Shown here: piece after piece, positions 29,908 through 39,549 of the stretch
Position numbering within the stretch: position 1 is the stretch's first letter
Layout: each line of letters starts with the position of its first letter
Source: an uncultured Chloroflexia bacterium
GTDB lineage: Bacteria > Chloroflexota > Dehalococcoidia > GIF9 > UBA5629
DNA length: 64,000 nt
Direction: 5' to 3'
Assembly: GCA_963842805.1 (NCBI GenBank)
Contig: CAWJIA010000011.1
Coordinates: 23,649-87,648 of the forward strand
Translations under genes and position numbers: made by a program
Notes under the pieces: generated by a model
Database searches by the model: none
What the model saw: the letters and a program-made list of their open reading frames with translations, nothing else
Told to the model about the DNA's origin: nothing

Positions 29908-31122
29908 TTACCCTCCCCCCCCGACGACGCTGACGGCGGAGTAGATAGGCACGAAAATAGATAATGCCAGGAAGCCGACCACCAGGCCGATGGCTACGGT
30001 CATGGCAGGCTCGATCAAGCCCAGCAGCGTCTGCAGCTTGTCCGCCGCCTCAATTTCGAAGCTGTCCGAGACTACCGTCAAGGTGCTGTCGAGGTTACCC
30101 GTCTCCTCTCCCACCCTGGTCATCTCCACCATAAGCGGCAGGAAAACGTGCTTGCCCCTCATGGCCCCGGCCAGCGCCTCGCCCTTGATAATATCCTGCT
30201 CCACATCCCTGAGGGCTTGGGCGATAACCCTGTTGCCTGCCGAATCAGCTGTCAGAGTTAATATATCGGGCAGGGGCAGGCCTGACCTGAATAAGAGGGT
30301 AATGCTGCGACAGATGCGTGAAAGGGTGTTGAGCAGTATAAGCCTCCCCAACACCGGCAATCTCAATAAAAGGGCATCCTTCCGATAGGCGCCCTCAGGC
30401 GTGCGGGTGTATAGATAGCCGGCTACCCCCACTATGGCAATAGCCAACAATATGTATATGCCGTAGCTGGTGGCGAATGTAATCCCCCATATCAGTATCT
30501 GCGTGATGAGCGGCAGGTTGCCGCCCAGGTTTTTAAATACGGCCAGGATCGGCGGCAAAATAAAGGTGACCATAAGTATGGCCACCAGAATGGCCAGGAC
30601 CAGCACCACAGCGGGATAAGTTGTCGCCTGCTTGACCTTCCTCATAGCCGCCGTGGCCTGCTCGGAATAGCCGGCAAGGTTCCTCAATACGCTCTCCAAT
30701 TGGCCGGTCTGTTCGCCGACTGCAATAATCTTACAGAACATCTTGTTAAATGCCCCGGGGTGTTTTTCCAGGGCAATGGATAGCGCCAACCCTGCGCGCA
30801 GGTCGGTCACCACCTTGCCCAGCATGGCAGAAAAATTCTTATTGGCCGACTGTGCGCGCAGCAGGTCCAGGCTTTGTACGATCCCCACCCCTGACTCGAG
30901 AAGCAGGGCCAGCTGCCTGGAAAACATCACTACATCTTCCGGCTTGATTTTCGGCTGCATAAAAGAAGGCATGCCCGTGATGAAAGGGGTTATGGGCTTT
31001 ACATTAAGTATCTGGTACCCGTCGCGTAAAAGCGCGTCACCGGCGCTCTTCTCGCTGTCGGCAGTTATCCTGCCTTTTACCACCCGGCGGTCTACCGTAT
31101 ATCCGACATATTCGTATTCCAT
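29908..31122 (-). CDS. pilC: Type IV pilus inner-membrane platform protein PilC (GspF family)
   Basis: 404 aa with duplicated GspF-type domains and three TM segments. Confidence 0.85.
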   Translation of the reverse strand: MEYEYVGYTVDRRVVKGRITADSEKSAGDALLRDGYQILNVKPITPFITGMPSFMQPKIKPEDVVMFSRQLALLLESGVGIVQSLDLLRAQSANKNFSAMLGKVVTDLRAGLALSIALEKHPGAFNKMFCKIIAVGEQTGQLESVLRNLAGYSEQATAAMRKVKQATTYPAVVLVLAILVAILMVTFILPPILAVFKNLGGNLPLITQILIWGITFATSYGIYILLAIAIVGVAGYLYTRTPEGAYRKDALLLRLPVLGRLILLNTLSRICRSITLLFRSGLPLPDILTLTADSAGNRVIAQALRDVEQDIIKGEALAGAMRGKHVFLPLMVEMTRVGEETGNLDSTLTVVSDSFEIEAADKLQTLLGLIEPAMTVAIGLVVGFLALSIFVPIYSAVSVVGGGG

Positions 31123-31172
31123 ATTCCTTCTATCCGGTACTATCTGAGCAAGATGGTACCTGCATGTGCTTA

Positions 31173-32729
31173 TTAAGTGATGGAAAAGGCGTTCCTGAGG
31201 ACTTCATAGGGGGTGGTGATCCCGGCTTTGGCCTTCATCATGCCGTCTTTGGCAATAGTAACCAGGCCCTGGCTCAAGGCGGTGGCATGGATGTCCTGGT
31301 TGCCGGCGCCCGCCACGATCATGCGGCGCAGCTCATCGGTCATGGTCAATATCTCAAATATGGCGGTGCGACCCAGGTAGCCGGAATATACGCATTCCTT
31401 GCAGCCTGCGCCGTACATAAACTCCGTCCTGCTCTCGCCCATCTCCTTCTCATAAGCTATTTGCTCAACCAGCGGCGCCGTCACCTTGCGGGCGCAGTGA
31501 GGGCAGACGCGCCTTACCATCCTCTGGGCCACTATGCCTACCAATGCGGAGCTTATGAGGAACGGCTCAACGCCCAGGTCGATCAAACGGAAGAGCACCC
31601 CCACCGTCTCATTGGCGTGCACGGATGAAAGGACCAGATGCCCGGTAAGCGCCGACTGCACGGCGATCTGCGCAGTCTCGCTATCACGTATCTCACCCAC
31701 CAGGATCACATCCGGGTCCAGCCTGACGATGGAGCGCAGCCCGCCGGCAAAGGTCAGGCCCGCCTTGATATTTACCTGTATCTGATTAATATTCTCAAAG
31801 CGGTATTCGACGGGATCTTCGATGGTTATGATGTTTTTGCCCACGCTGTCCAGGGAGTTGACGGCTGCATACAGCGTTGTGGTCTTGCCGGCGCCCGTCG
31901 GGCCGCTGATCAGGACCATGCCGTAGGGCATCATCAACATCTTTTCATATTGCTCCTGGCTCTCCCTGAGAAAGCCGATCTGGGGAAGGGCCAGCGCCGC
32001 CATGGACTTATCCAGCAGCCGCAGCACACCCATCTCACCGTTGACGGTGTTGATGGTGGCCACACGCACATCGATCCGCTTGCCGGCCGCCTCGAAAGAG
32101 AACTGGCCGTCCTGCGGCCGGCGGTGGTCGGCAATATTCATGTCCGAAAGGATCTTGATGCGCGAAATCAAAGCGGTATGCACGCTCAGCGGCAGTGAGG
32201 CGACCTCATGTAAAATGCCGTCGATCCTGTAACGCACGCGCACCCTTATCTCATCCGGCTCGATATGTATGTCGGAGGCGCGTGACTTAACACCTTCCTC
32301 CAGCAGCCTGTCCAGCTGGCGCGCTATAGGTGTATCGGAAGCCTCATCCGCCATCGTGACATCGACTGACGCCTGGGCTGCGGAAGTACGATCACTACCC
32401 TTTCCTCCCTCTTTCAGCGTCCTGTAATTGTAATCAATGGCTTCCTTGATATCGGCCTCTGTGGCAGGTATCGGCTCAATCCTTTTTTTGGTATAGATCG
32501 ACAGGTTCTCTATGGTGAGTATGTCACTGGGATTGGCCATGTAGACGCGGCACGTGTTGCCGTCGAGGGATTGAGGCAGCACATTATATTTCCTGGCGAT
32601 ATCCTCGGGCACTAGTTGCAGCGCCTCCGGCATGGGCCCGTCCGACTGGACATTCAACCTAGCAATACCAGGCTTGGCCGACCCGCTGGCATTGGCCCGG
32701 CCCTTTGTTTCTTTAGAATCAGATGCCAT
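31173..32729 (-). CDS. pilB: Type IV pilus assembly ATPase PilB (GspE family)
   Basis: 518 aa; Walker A GPTGAGKTTT, tetracysteine motif CPHC...CKEC, GspE N-terminal domain. Confidence 0.9.
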   Translation of the reverse strand: MASDSKETKGRANASGSAKPGIARLNVQSDGPMPEALQLVPEDIARKYNVLPQSLDGNTCRVYMANPSDILTIENLSIYTKKRIEPIPATEADIKEAIDYNYRTLKEGGKGSDRTSAAQASVDVTMADEASDTPIARQLDRLLEEGVKSRASDIHIEPDEIRVRVRYRIDGILHEVASLPLSVHTALISRIKILSDMNIADHRRPQDGQFSFEAAGKRIDVRVATINTVNGEMGVLRLLDKSMAALALPQIGFLRESQEQYEKMLMMPYGMVLISGPTGAGKTTTLYAAVNSLDSVGKNIITIEDPVEYRFENINQIQVNIKAGLTFAGGLRSIVRLDPDVILVGEIRDSETAQIAVQSALTGHLVLSSVHANETVGVLFRLIDLGVEPFLISSALVGIVAQRMVRRVCPHCARKVTAPLVEQIAYEKEMGESRTEFMYGAGCKECVYSGYLGRTAIFEILTMTDELRRMIVAGAGNQDIHATALSQGLVTIAKDGMMKAKAGITTPYEVLRNAFSIT

Positions 32730-32756
32730 CTTAGCCTCGCTTGCTTAAAATAGGCC

Positions 32757-34118
32757 TTAACCTAAAGCGTCCGCCTTCTCGACATTTATGATTTTAATCT
32801 TCTGCTGGTCGGCGAATTGCTGGGCCTCTTTGGCCAGACCCGGCGAAGCCAGCAGTATCTTATCGTGGATTCCGATATCATAGGCCTTGGTATCATAGGC
32901 GGATACGGCTTCCAGACCGACCCCCTTGGGGTCCGCCAGGATGCCGATGGATATGGTATGCGTGAACAGGCCGTCGTCGTAATACGCGATGATATCCATG
33001 GTATATTCAGCGCCCGAGCGGCCGCGTATCCTGGCTTTTTCCTCCGTCCTGTAGCCCTGTTCGTGCAGGTATTTCAACAACTGTTTGCGGCTTTCAAATT
33101 TGAACGGCTTTTTATTCACGTTGCCCGGCAAGTTATCACCTGCACCCTTTAAGAATGTCTCCAGTTCGTCGGCATTGAACGATTTGATGCGCTGCCTCTG
33201 GGCAAATTGCCTGGCCTCGCTGTTTAGCCCGGGCATGGCCAGCAGGATCTTATCATGTATACCCAGGTCATAGGCCTTGTTATCGAACCTGAATACGTCT
33301 TCGAGGCCGATATTTTCCGAGTTGTGCCCGATGGCTATGCCGATGCCCAGGATAAAGGTCAGGAAGCCGTCGTCACGCTCGGCCAGCATATCCAGCACAT
33401 GCGTGACGCCCGAACCGGACCCGCTGCTCGCCCTGGCCTTTTCAAATACCTTATAGCCCTGCTGTTCCAGGTAGGTGATAAACTTGGACTTGAAGCCCAT
33501 ATCGAATGTAAGCCAGTTCCTGCTCTGCTCGTTTAAAATGTAGGAGTTAATGGTCTGGACTTTAGCTTCTTCATCGGAGAAGAAGATGGAGCACTTAAGG
33601 CACTGCCACTTCATGGTGATCTCGGTGGACAGGCCGCCGCAACTCTGGCACTTATAATTCACTCCCAAGCTGCGGTAATCAGTCCCCAGGAATTTAAGCG
33701 GCTTCTTACAATGCGGGCAAACATATTTCCCGCCGGCGATAAACTCCTGTTCCAACCCGTTCTTTCCGCAGGCGAAGTGCTCCAGTATCCTCCCCTTGGC
33801 AACATTGCCCGACCCGCATTTAGGGCACCTCAAGCTGGGCCTCAAATTCATGGAATTACATACGGGGCAGAAGATCAGGCGCTCATAGAAGCGCCCTTCC
33901 AGCATGCGCTCTTGCACCAGGCTGTCCAGTATTTTTATAACCTCTTCCGAGGTCTTGCCCAGCGTCGCTTCAACCTGGGGATACACCGCGCCGGACTGCC
34001 TGGTGAAGTCGATAACCGGACGTATCTCCTCAATACGGCCTTCGATCATATCGTTGATAAGCTGCAGCACCTTGGGATCATGGGTTGCCGTTTGAGAAGA
34101 TTCTAATATCTCAATCAT
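32757..34118 (-). CDS. Uncharacterised lead gene of pilus operon: three CxxC zinc-ribbon pairs and a tandem-duplicated ~95-aa C-terminal domain
   Basis: 453 aa; CPVCNS...CPKCGS, CPHCKK...CQSCGG, CLKCS; repeats GYKVFEKARASSGSGSGVTHVLDMLAERDDGFLTFILGIGIA...DKILLAMPGLNSEARQFAQRQRIK and GYRTEEKARIRGRSGAEYTMDIIAYYDDGLFTHTISIGIL...DKILLASPGLAKEAQQFADQQKIK. Confidence 0.5.
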   Translation of the reverse strand: MIEILESSQTATHDPKVLQLINDMIEGRIEEIRPVIDFTRQSGAVYPQVEATLGKTSEEVIKILDSLVQERMLEGRFYERLIFCPVCNSMNLRPSLRCPKCGSGNVAKGRILEHFACGKNGLEQEFIAGGKYVCPHCKKPLKFLGTDYRSLGVNYKCQSCGGLSTEITMKWQCLKCSIFFSDEEAKVQTINSYILNEQSRNWLTFDMGFKSKFITYLEQQGYKVFEKARASSGSGSGVTHVLDMLAERDDGFLTFILGIGIAIGHNSENIGLEDVFRFDNKAYDLGIHDKILLAMPGLNSEARQFAQRQRIKSFNADELETFLKGAGDNLPGNVNKKPFKFESRKQLLKYLHEQGYRTEEKARIRGRSGAEYTMDIIAYYDDGLFTHTISIGILADPKGVGLEAVSAYDTKAYDIGIHDKILLASPGLAKEAQQFADQQKIKIINVEKADALG

Positions 34119-34421
34119 TTCTTTCCCCGCATATGCAAGCGCATAAATTGCTCATATATAAAATCGGCCACAGCTTGCTTCAAGAGCAAACAGCCGGCCC
34201 CCATGTTCGAGCTTGTTGATAATAGCTATGGCCTGCCCTGTGTTTTCACTGCATTTCAGATTCATTTAGCTTAATCTAGCATGCGATTTCGTATTTTGCA
34301 AATATCTCATTGTTTATGGTAGATTTCGACTAACTCTAATATAAATGAATTCCTGCCAAAAACTGTGCTGCTCTAGTACCAGGGACTAAAGTCCTATGTA
34401 TGATAAACTTGGCTACCGCAT

Positions 34422-37400
34422 ATGGTTATGCTTCTTTTACTGGTCCTGAGCATTTTAGATATATGTTCGTTCTGCCCGGCCGCCCATGCCGACAATACCA
34501 GTGGCAGGACGCTGACCTGGTCGGTGGTCAAGACACCGATTAACAATGGCCCCGACAACGTAATCTGCAGCCCTGGCGAGATCAACTCCATGGCCCTGGG
34601 CAACGGCGTGATCTATTGCGCCGATACGGCCAACAGCAGGCTGTTCCGCTCCGTGAACGGAGGATACAGCTTCACCGATATAAGCAGCGATCTTGCTGCC
34701 GCCGGGGCGAATTTACCGGTCTGGTCGGTGGCCGTAGCCCCGGATGATCCGAAATTTGTAGTGGTTGTCACCTTCACTACACTACCGTTGCCACCCAATC
34801 CAGGGCCTCAGCAGGTCTATGTATCCATCGATGGGGGAAACAACTGGCAAAATACGGGCCCTACAATTAACGGGGCAGGACCAGCTACAGACAAGATTGG
34901 AACAGACGAATATATAAGCTGCATAGACATATCCAGGTCATATGGCGCGTATCGCGATATCGCCATCGGCACACGCACCACTACAGCGACTACAGGAACC
35001 GGACAGGTATTAAATCTTAAGTACGGCTCTGCCGGTACGGGATGGTCTTCGCAGCCAGTCTTAACTGCAGCCATAACATCCCTTAAATTCTCCCCCAACT
35101 ACGGGTCGGATTCGACGCTGGCAGTTATCACGTGCAATCCTACTTCACCATTCCTCAACCTGGGGCAGCATGATACAACCACCAACTCCACGATCTGGAA
35201 TACACCGTATGGCGCTTACCCTATCCCGCTCGCCCCTGCGGCTTCAGGTGTGGTTCCAGGTGTGGTGATAGGAACCGACCTATCACTGCCGTCCGATTTC
35301 AACGCACAGAACCCCGCCCTGATGGGCTGTTTCGCCAGCATCCAATCCGACACAGCGTTCCAAGATTTTATGGGCAGGACCACTCAGACGGGTGTCTTTT
35401 ATATAAATACCTCTATCGGCGCCACGCCATTCACTATAACCCCCCCGCCGGTGGTCCCCCCGGGACTCCCACCGGGACGCCGCATTTACTCGATTGCCTA
35501 CAACGGCAGTGAGGCCAGTGGCATCCTGCTGGCTGGCGAGGCCACGGCCGACCCGGCTACCGCCATGGTCCCCGTCTATCAAAGCTCCAATGCCCAGTCG
35601 TTCAGCCCGGGTGCCGCCACCTGGACCAGCTCGCAGGACTATAACGATTATAAGTCGCCCACGGGCGGCGGGAATTCGGGCCGCGCCAACGCCATACTGG
35701 GCTGGGGCTATAACGGCGTTCCCTATTGCGCTACCAGCTCTGAAAACGACATTACAGGTGGAACAGCATGGGCAGTGGGTCAATGGCCTTTTTCAAAATC
35801 GCTTGGAGTCCCTCTTGATGAATCCGCCTTTTCATATAGCTCCAACGGCGGGCTGAGCTGGAACCAGATCGGCCTGATAGATACCAGCATCGATCAACTG
35901 TCCGATTCGGCCGCCCTTGAAGCTCCGCCCGATGCCACCCAGAGCAGCGTGCTCTACCTGTCTTCCCTTAATAAAAAGGGCGCGCCCAATAGCTTCGACA
36001 GCGTGTGGCGCTCTACCAGCGATACGCTGGGGGATCAATGGGAACGCATCCTGACCCGCACGACCAGTGACAGCGGAACGATCTTGCGTGTGAACGATAA
36101 GACGCCCGGTTCCACTGCCCTGATCCTGGGGGACCTGACCACGCCCAATATCATGTATACAGCAGATGAGGGCCAGAAATGGGAAACGGTATTTGCCGGA
36201 ATATCGTCCCTGCGCGATATCGCATTTAGGGATGAATCGACCATCTACGTACTTGAGGATTACCGGGTAAGGCAACTATCCATGGGAGACACCAACTGGG
36301 TGCCGGGGCAATTCGTCAACACGGATTTGCTGATACCCGCACATACCATATGTACCCCGCTGGTCAACCCTACCAGCGCAGATCTAGTCTTCGTAGGCTC
36401 AGGCATCTACACACTGGGAAACCCCGAGGCCTATGTAGCCTGGACCGATTTTTCTCAACCTTCGCCTAAATTCACCGCACTTAAAATGCTGCCGCAGAGC
36501 GGCAACGTGCATGTTATCGCGGACAGCAAGTACGACCAGAACAATATGATCTATGCGGCGGTAAACACTGATTTTAAGCCCAGCAGCGAGGGGGTTATTT
36601 ACAGGTGGACTGTAGGCACAAGCACTGACTGGGATGAACTGGAGCCGCTCAACCGCGCCTTTTTTGGGATCGCCATGGCCGGCGATGTGCTTTATGGCTC
36701 CTGGAACTTTGACACCACCACGCTACAGAACAGCGGGGGCGTGGACCGTACGCTCTCTCCCAGGGTCAAAGTGCCCCCGGCGCCCGATTGGGATGAGCTG
36801 AAAGACGGCCTCCCCATACCGCCCGCTATTAATTATCCCGTCGTCTTCACCCGCGAACCCACATCGCTCAAAATCTCCTCCAATACCAATAATACGCTGT
36901 GGTCAATCGATAACAGTGCAAATCCTTACAACTACGATAATAAGATAGGCTGCCTCTGGCAATTCATCGATTCGGTAGCCAGGGTAAGCCCCTGGCCCAC
37001 TGCGCCGCCCTCCGGCAGCTTCATCGGGGTGGATCCGGTGACGGGCAGGTCTCAACAGATTGATATTAAGTGGCGGCAACTGAAAGATGTCTTCGGTTAC
37101 GACCTGCTGATAGCCAAAGATGTGAATTTTACGACGCTTCTATCGGAGAACGCCACGAAGATTTTCAATATGGTCACGGTTGATAGCAAGACGGGTGCGT
37201 GGGTCATAGGGTGGGACAAGATGACGGGTAAGTGGATAGCGACGCTCGACCAATCACAGCAGTTGTCGCCGGGCGTATGGATACCCCCCGGTATATTGGA
37301 AGCCGGCCAGCCATACTACTGGAAAGTGAGGGGCAGCCGCAGCATAACTGGCGCCGCCATTCACAGCCTGTGGTCGCCGGTCATGTTTTTCTCGGTCAAA

Positions 37401-37835
37401 CCGGGTTTCGCTGTGAGGAGCAGCGTAAGCGGTCCCCAGCTCCTGGCACCCATCGACGGCGTCTGCCGGGACTGCCAGCCTACCGTCGGCTTTAGCTGGA
37501 CACCCGTTAAAAATGCCAAAAAATATGAATTCACCCTGGCTTATGATCAGGACCTCAAAAACGTAATTGTTCAGACTGTTACGACCACGACTGCATATAA
37601 ATATGAGGACCGGCTCGAGCCGGGCAGAATTTATTTCTGGCAGGTGAAAGCTGTGGCGCCGTTTGAAAGCGATCCCAGCCCTACAGGCACTTTCGTCATA
37701 GCCGGCAGCCGGCCCGTAATGCCCCTGGAGTCCCTGCCCCCGTCCTACCTGTGGATAGCTGTAATCATAGCCACGACCGTCATACTGGTTTTGATCATCG
37801 TCATATTCTTTTACAATTATATGCGCAGGTATTAA
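34422..37835 (+). CDS. BNR/Asp-box repeat cell-surface protein with signal peptide and C-terminal TM anchor (S-layer-like)
   Basis: 1137 aa; signal peptide MVMLLLLVLSILDICSFCPAAHA; Asp-box motifs SVNGGYSF, SIDGGNNW, SSNGGLSW, TADEGQKW; C-terminal LWIAVIIATTVILVLIIVIFFY + RRY. Confidence 0.7.
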   Translation: MVMLLLLVLSILDICSFCPAAHADNTSGRTLTWSVVKTPINNGPDNVICSPGEINSMALGNGVIYCADTANSRLFRSVNGGYSFTDISSDLAAAGANLPVWSVAVAPDDPKFVVVVTFTTLPLPPNPGPQQVYVSIDGGNNWQNTGPTINGAGPATDKIGTDEYISCIDISRSYGAYRDIAIGTRTTTATTGTGQVLNLKYGSAGTGWSSQPVLTAAITSLKFSPNYGSDSTLAVITCNPTSPFLNLGQHDTTTNSTIWNTPYGAYPIPLAPAASGVVPGVVIGTDLSLPSDFNAQNPALMGCFASIQSDTAFQDFMGRTTQTGVFYINTSIGATPFTITPPPVVPPGLPPGRRIYSIAYNGSEASGILLAGEATADPATAMVPVYQSSNAQSFSPGAATWTSSQDYNDYKSPTGGGNSGRANAILGWGYNGVPYCATSSENDITGGTAWAVGQWPFSKSLGVPLDESAFSYSSNGGLSWNQIGLIDTSIDQLSDSAALEAPPDATQSSVLYLSSLNKKGAPNSFDSVWRSTSDTLGDQWERILTRTTSDSGTILRVNDKTPGSTALILGDLTTPNIMYTADEGQKWETVFAGISSLRDIAFRDESTIYVLEDYRVRQLSMGDTNWVPGQFVNTDLLIPAHTICTPLVNPTSADLVFVGSGIYTLGNPEAYVAWTDFSQPSPKFTALKMLPQSGNVHVIADSKYDQNNMIYAAVNTDFKPSSEGVIYRWTVGTSTDWDELEPLNRAFFGIAMAGDVLYGSWNFDTTTLQNSGGVDRTLSPRVKVPPAPDWDELKDGLPIPPAINYPVVFTREPTSLKISSNTNNTLWSIDNSANPYNYDNKIGCLWQFIDSVARVSPWPTAPPSGSFIGVDPVTGRSQQIDIKWRQLKDVFGYDLLIAKDVNFTTLLSENATKIFNMVTVDSKTGAWVIGWDKMTGKWIATLDQSQQLSPGVWIPPGILEAGQPYYWKVRGSRSITGAAIHSLWSPVMFFSVKPGFAVRSSVSGPQLLAPIDGVCRDCQPTVGFSWTPVKNAKKYEFTLAYDQDLKNVIVQTVTTTTAYKYEDRLEPGRIYFWQVKAVAPFESDPSPTGTFVIAGSRPVMPLESLPPSYLWIAVIIATTVILVLIIVIFFYNYMRRY

Positions 37836-37871
37836 ACCGTATATGTCCGTATTTTCGGGTGGTTTTAAGTT

Positions 37872-38528
37872 ATGGATACAGAGAAATCCGCTTTTGCATT
37901 TGCATCACAGGTGAAAGGATACCTGGCCGAGGACGAGGGGCAATGCCTCTTCAGGCTGGCACTGGAGGCATCCGCCTCAGGCCCCTGTCTGGAGATAGGC
38001 AGTTTCTGTGGCAAGTCCACCGTCTATTTAGGCGCAGCCTGTAAAATCAAGGGCGTTACGCTTTTTACCATAGACCATCACCGCGGTTCGGAGGAGCAGC
38101 AGCCGGGGCAACTCTACTTCGATCCTGAGATCTACGATGAGAAGAAGCAGGAAATAGACAGTTTCCCCATCCTGAGAGCCACTTTAAAAAAAGCGGGGCT
38201 GGAAGATACGGTAGTGCCTATGGTTACATGGTCCAGGGTGGCAGCCAGGAATTGGTCCACACCGCTCAGCCTAGTATTCATCGACGGCGGCCATAGTTAT
38301 GAAACTGCCCTATCGGACTATAACTGCTGGAACCCTCACCTGGCGCCGGGCGGCTACCTGATTTTCCACGATATTTACCTGGATCCTTCGAAGGGCGGTC
38401 AGGCGCCCTACGAAGTGTATAAAAAAGCCGTCAAGAGCGGCAACTATGAGGAGCTGCCCATGGTAAATACGCTGGGGATACTAAAGAAGAGCGGCCCCAT
38501 GGTGATCGAAAAGAAGGTTTGTTGCTGA
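37872..38528 (+). CDS. Class I SAM-dependent O-methyltransferase-like protein
   Basis: 218 aa; SAM motif I LEIGSFCGKSTVYLG, motif FIDGGHSYE typical of Methyltransf_24/TylF-like enzymes. Confidence 0.6.
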   Translation: MDTEKSAFAFASQVKGYLAEDEGQCLFRLALEASASGPCLEIGSFCGKSTVYLGAACKIKGVTLFTIDHHRGSEEQQPGQLYFDPEIYDEKKQEIDSFPILRATLKKAGLEDTVVPMVTWSRVAARNWSTPLSLVFIDGGHSYETALSDYNCWNPHLAPGGYLIFHDIYLDPSKGGQAPYEVYKKAVKSGNYEELPMVNTLGILKKSGPMVIEKKVCC

Positions 38529-39542
38529 TTCCCGGTTGAGCATATCCGCCGCCAGAATAACTGCGGCGGCCGTCCAGGTCGGCTTCTCCAGCGGCCATAT
38601 CTCATTTTCCGGATAAGCCACGCCGTACCAGTAGGCTCCGTCATCATCACGAAGGTGGTGTATCCAGTTGTAGACCATCGCAGCCTGCCGGTATTCCCCG
38701 TGCACCGCCAGGGAAATGGCCAGTTCGCTAGTTTCGGCAGCTGTGACCCACTGCTTTTCAAGGTTGCACACCGATCCTTTGCCATGCACTATGAATTTGT
38801 CCCAGCTATCATAAATGCGGCTGATCGCTTCACGCCCGTTGATGACGCTGCACAATGCGGGATAATACCAGTCCATGGCAAACGCTGATAGGCTGTCGCC
38901 TTCGGACTTTGCAACGTAAGGCAAAGGCATTCTCAAGATTGCTGAGCGCAATACGTTATTTGCTTCCCGCCAGTCGCGGCGGTCTTCGCCCATAAGTTCT
39001 GCCATCTTTAAAGCGCATCTGATGCTTAAATAAGAAGAACTGCAGCTGGTAATCTGCGCTGATGGATACAAAATGTCATCGGCATCCCTGGCCCAGTATA
39101 TTTCCCCATGGGGGCCGCGCATCCCGAGAATATAGTCTACGGCTCTTCGCACGCTTGGCCACATCCTGTCGACAAAACGAACATCGTCATTAATAAGATA
39201 ATGGTGCCAGATGCCCACGGCAATATAAGAGATAGCGTGCGACACCTTGTACATGTCTTTGGGCAATCCGTTCCTGTAATTGGCATACCAGCTCCCATCT
39301 GGAAGCTGGACATTGGCCAGCCACTCGTAGGCTTTTTCCGCTTCGTCGTGGAAACTGCCGGCGTCGATGGCCATGGCGCACTCTATATGGGTCCACGGTT
39401 CTACGATGCCGCCCTCCAGTTCCGGCACGGCGCCCCCCTGTTCCTGCACGCTGACTATGCCCTCCAGCGTGGGGTTCAGGAACTGCCGGGACAATTGATT
39501 TTCCGTGCCGGATGCATCAAGAGTGCTGCTGTTTATGCTCAT
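38481..39542 (-). CDS. Prenyltransferase/squalene-oxidase-repeat (alpha/alpha-toroid) protein
   Basis: QLPDGSWYANY and RDDDGAYWYGVAY match QxxDGGW repeat; start chosen at MSINSS (39542) to avoid overlap with upstream GT; 48-bp convergent overlap with methyltransferase 3' end. Confidence 0.5.
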   Translation of the reverse strand: MSINSSTLDASGTENQLSRQFLNPTLEGIVSVQEQGGAVPELEGGIVEPWTHIECAMAIDAGSFHDEAEKAYEWLANVQLPDGSWYANYRNGLPKDMYKVSHAISYIAVGIWHHYLINDDVRFVDRMWPSVRRAVDYILGMRGPHGEIYWARDADDILYPSAQITSCSSSYLSIRCALKMAELMGEDRRDWREANNVLRSAILRMPLPYVAKSEGDSLSAFAMDWYYPALCSVINGREAISRIYDSWDKFIVHGKGSVCNLEKQWVTAAETSELAISLAVHGEYRQAAMVYNWIHHLRDDDGAYWYGVAYPENEIWPLEKPTWTAAAVILAADMLNRESATNLLFDHHGAALL

Positions 39543-39549
39543 AGTAGTT

